In this document: positions 62,460 through 64,000 of the stretch, in pieces
Position numbering within the stretch: the stretch's first letter is position 1
Layout of the letters: every line of letters begins with the position of its first letter
Assembly: GCA_964016885.1 (NCBI GenBank)
Contig: OZ024744.1
Coordinates: forward strand, 63,922,001-63,986,000
Length of the DNA: 64,000 bases
Direction of reading: 5' to 3'
DNA from: Eledone cirrhosa
Taxonomy: Eukaryota
Made by a program: the position numbers and the translations under genes
Notes under the pieces: generated by a model
Seen by the model: the letters and a program-made list of their open reading frames with translations, nothing else
The model's database searches: none
Told to the model about the DNA's origin: nothing

Positions 62460-63451
62460 GGCACTACAACGCTATTGGCTGTCAGTCGAAAGCAGCCGAT
62501 GAAAGCAAAACATCGTTTATTTCCGTATTACTACCACGCGTAAGTGGAGTTACTTAAATGAAATTTATTTTAAAAACCATATAGATGTAAGTGGAGTTAC
62601 TTAAATGAAAATATAGGTGGCCCTTAAAAGGGCCAAATTAGAAAACAAATTTAAGTTAATTAGAAAACAAGTCATGGTTATCAAATAAATTGGATTTAAT
62701 CATTTATATTTTCATAGTCAGGGTTATCAATGTAGAAAACAAGGCATTTTCACCAACAGTGGAGTTACTTCTGACAGCTAATACCATGAACTATATTTTC
62801 ATAGTCATGGTTATTAATGTAGAAAACAAGTCATTTTCACCAACAGTGGAGTTAACTTAAATGAACATTTTTTCCACCAATCTTATTATACAGTCCACAT
62901 GGAGACAAGAGACAGTCCCCATGGAGATTGGTGGTATCTGCTGTAGTAGCGGTAGCGATGGAAAAATCGCGATGGTTAATTCCATTAACAATTTGGCCCT
63001 TTTAAGGGCCACCTATATTTTCATTTAAGTTAACTCCACTGTTGGTGAAAATGACTTGTTTTCTACATTGATAACCATGACTATGAAAATATAGTTCATG
63101 GTATTAGCTGTCAGAAGTAACTCCACTGTTGGTGAAAATTCATTTAAGTTCATGGTATTAGCTGTCAGAAGTAATTCCACTGTTGGTGAAAATGACTTGT
63201 TTTCTACATTGATAACCATGACTATGAAAATATAAATGATTAAATCCAATTTATTTGATAACCATGACTTGTTTTCTAATTAACTTACATCGATATGCTT
63301 TAATAAAAAAAAATAAAAAAATAAAAAACGCGTGAAAACTCCACTTACGCGTGGTGGTAGTAATACGGAAATAAACGATGACGAATGACGTCGCCTTCGC
63401 CTGCTTTCATCGGCTGCTTTCACGACTGACAGCTAATAGCGTTGTAGTGCC
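62460..63451. mobile_element. non-autonomous Merlin element with long subrepeat-rich inverted arms
   Basis: Termini GGCACTACAACGC...GCGTTGTAGTGCC, 8-bp TSD GAATTGTC/GAATTGTT. An internal piece at about 62933-62990 matches the transposase 5' end (60550-60593). Confidence 0.85.
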
Positions 63452-64000
63452 GAATTGTTATTTAAATCTGTCGAATTCAAGTTAATGATAACACATATCC
63501 TAGAATTTATCCCTCGTAGGATTGGATACAAGTAGTGAGACATCTAAAACCTGCATTGCTGTTGAAAATTAATGTCAAAATGGAACTTGCTTTCGCTGCT
63601 CTAATATTGATTACACATGCTATAATAGCAAGGTAAAATTTGTTTACAAAATTATCTGATTTCCTAAAATGATCTATTTTAAATTGTTAACAGTATTTGT
63701 TCTAAGAACGAAGGCAAAAACAAACATACCTTTAATACATAGAATTACAGAGATAAATTTAGCATAATCAAGTATTACTTTTTTTATTCGCTGATTAATT
63801 TTAAAGTTTCTGATTCAACAACAGTAACAACAATGCCAATAACTTGTATCACGTATGATTACATAACTGCCTGTTGGAATTTGCTGTATTGTCTTTAGCT
63901 AGAACGGGGGTCGGCAACCCCCTGCCCGCGGGCCACATCCGGCCCTCGAGTGATTTGCAGCATAGAGTTACGTCCCTTTACGATCTGAGTTCAAATCCCG

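Overview
AT-rich eukaryotic genomic DNA, very probably from an octopus or other coleoid cephalopod (inferred from its SINE/RTE/Dong repeat complement, not verified). Most of the window is transposon-derived. Two intron-split host genes that the ORF track misses were reconstructed by hand with phase-compatible GT-AG junctions. One is a + strand 3-exon secreted chitin-binding (CBM14/peritrophin-A) protein of 168 aa (19583-36974). The other is a convergent - strand 9-exon class I SAM-dependent methyltransferase-like protein of 314 aa (58070-45029). Mobile DNA includes RTE, CR1, Tx1, Dong/R4 and CRE non-LTR elements, Penelope remnants, a CsRn1-type Gypsy (solo LTR plus deleted copy), Merlin (IS1595-like) elements, mariner, hAT and piggyBac-type MITEs, two tRNA-SINE families and two minisatellites. 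Four observations stand out. (a) A 10-kb train of unrelated retroelements homes on one (TTA)n microsatellite, and the Tx1 LINE in it shares its 3' end with the stacking SINE. (b) An intact CR1 ORF2 has no N-terminal ATG and is joined to ORF1 by a canonical G_GGA_AAC -1 frameshift heptamer. (c) A complete minimal hammerhead ribozyme lies in sense orientation in an intron of the methyltransferase gene. (d) A Merlin transposase lies behind a Gypsy LTR between Merlin TIRs.
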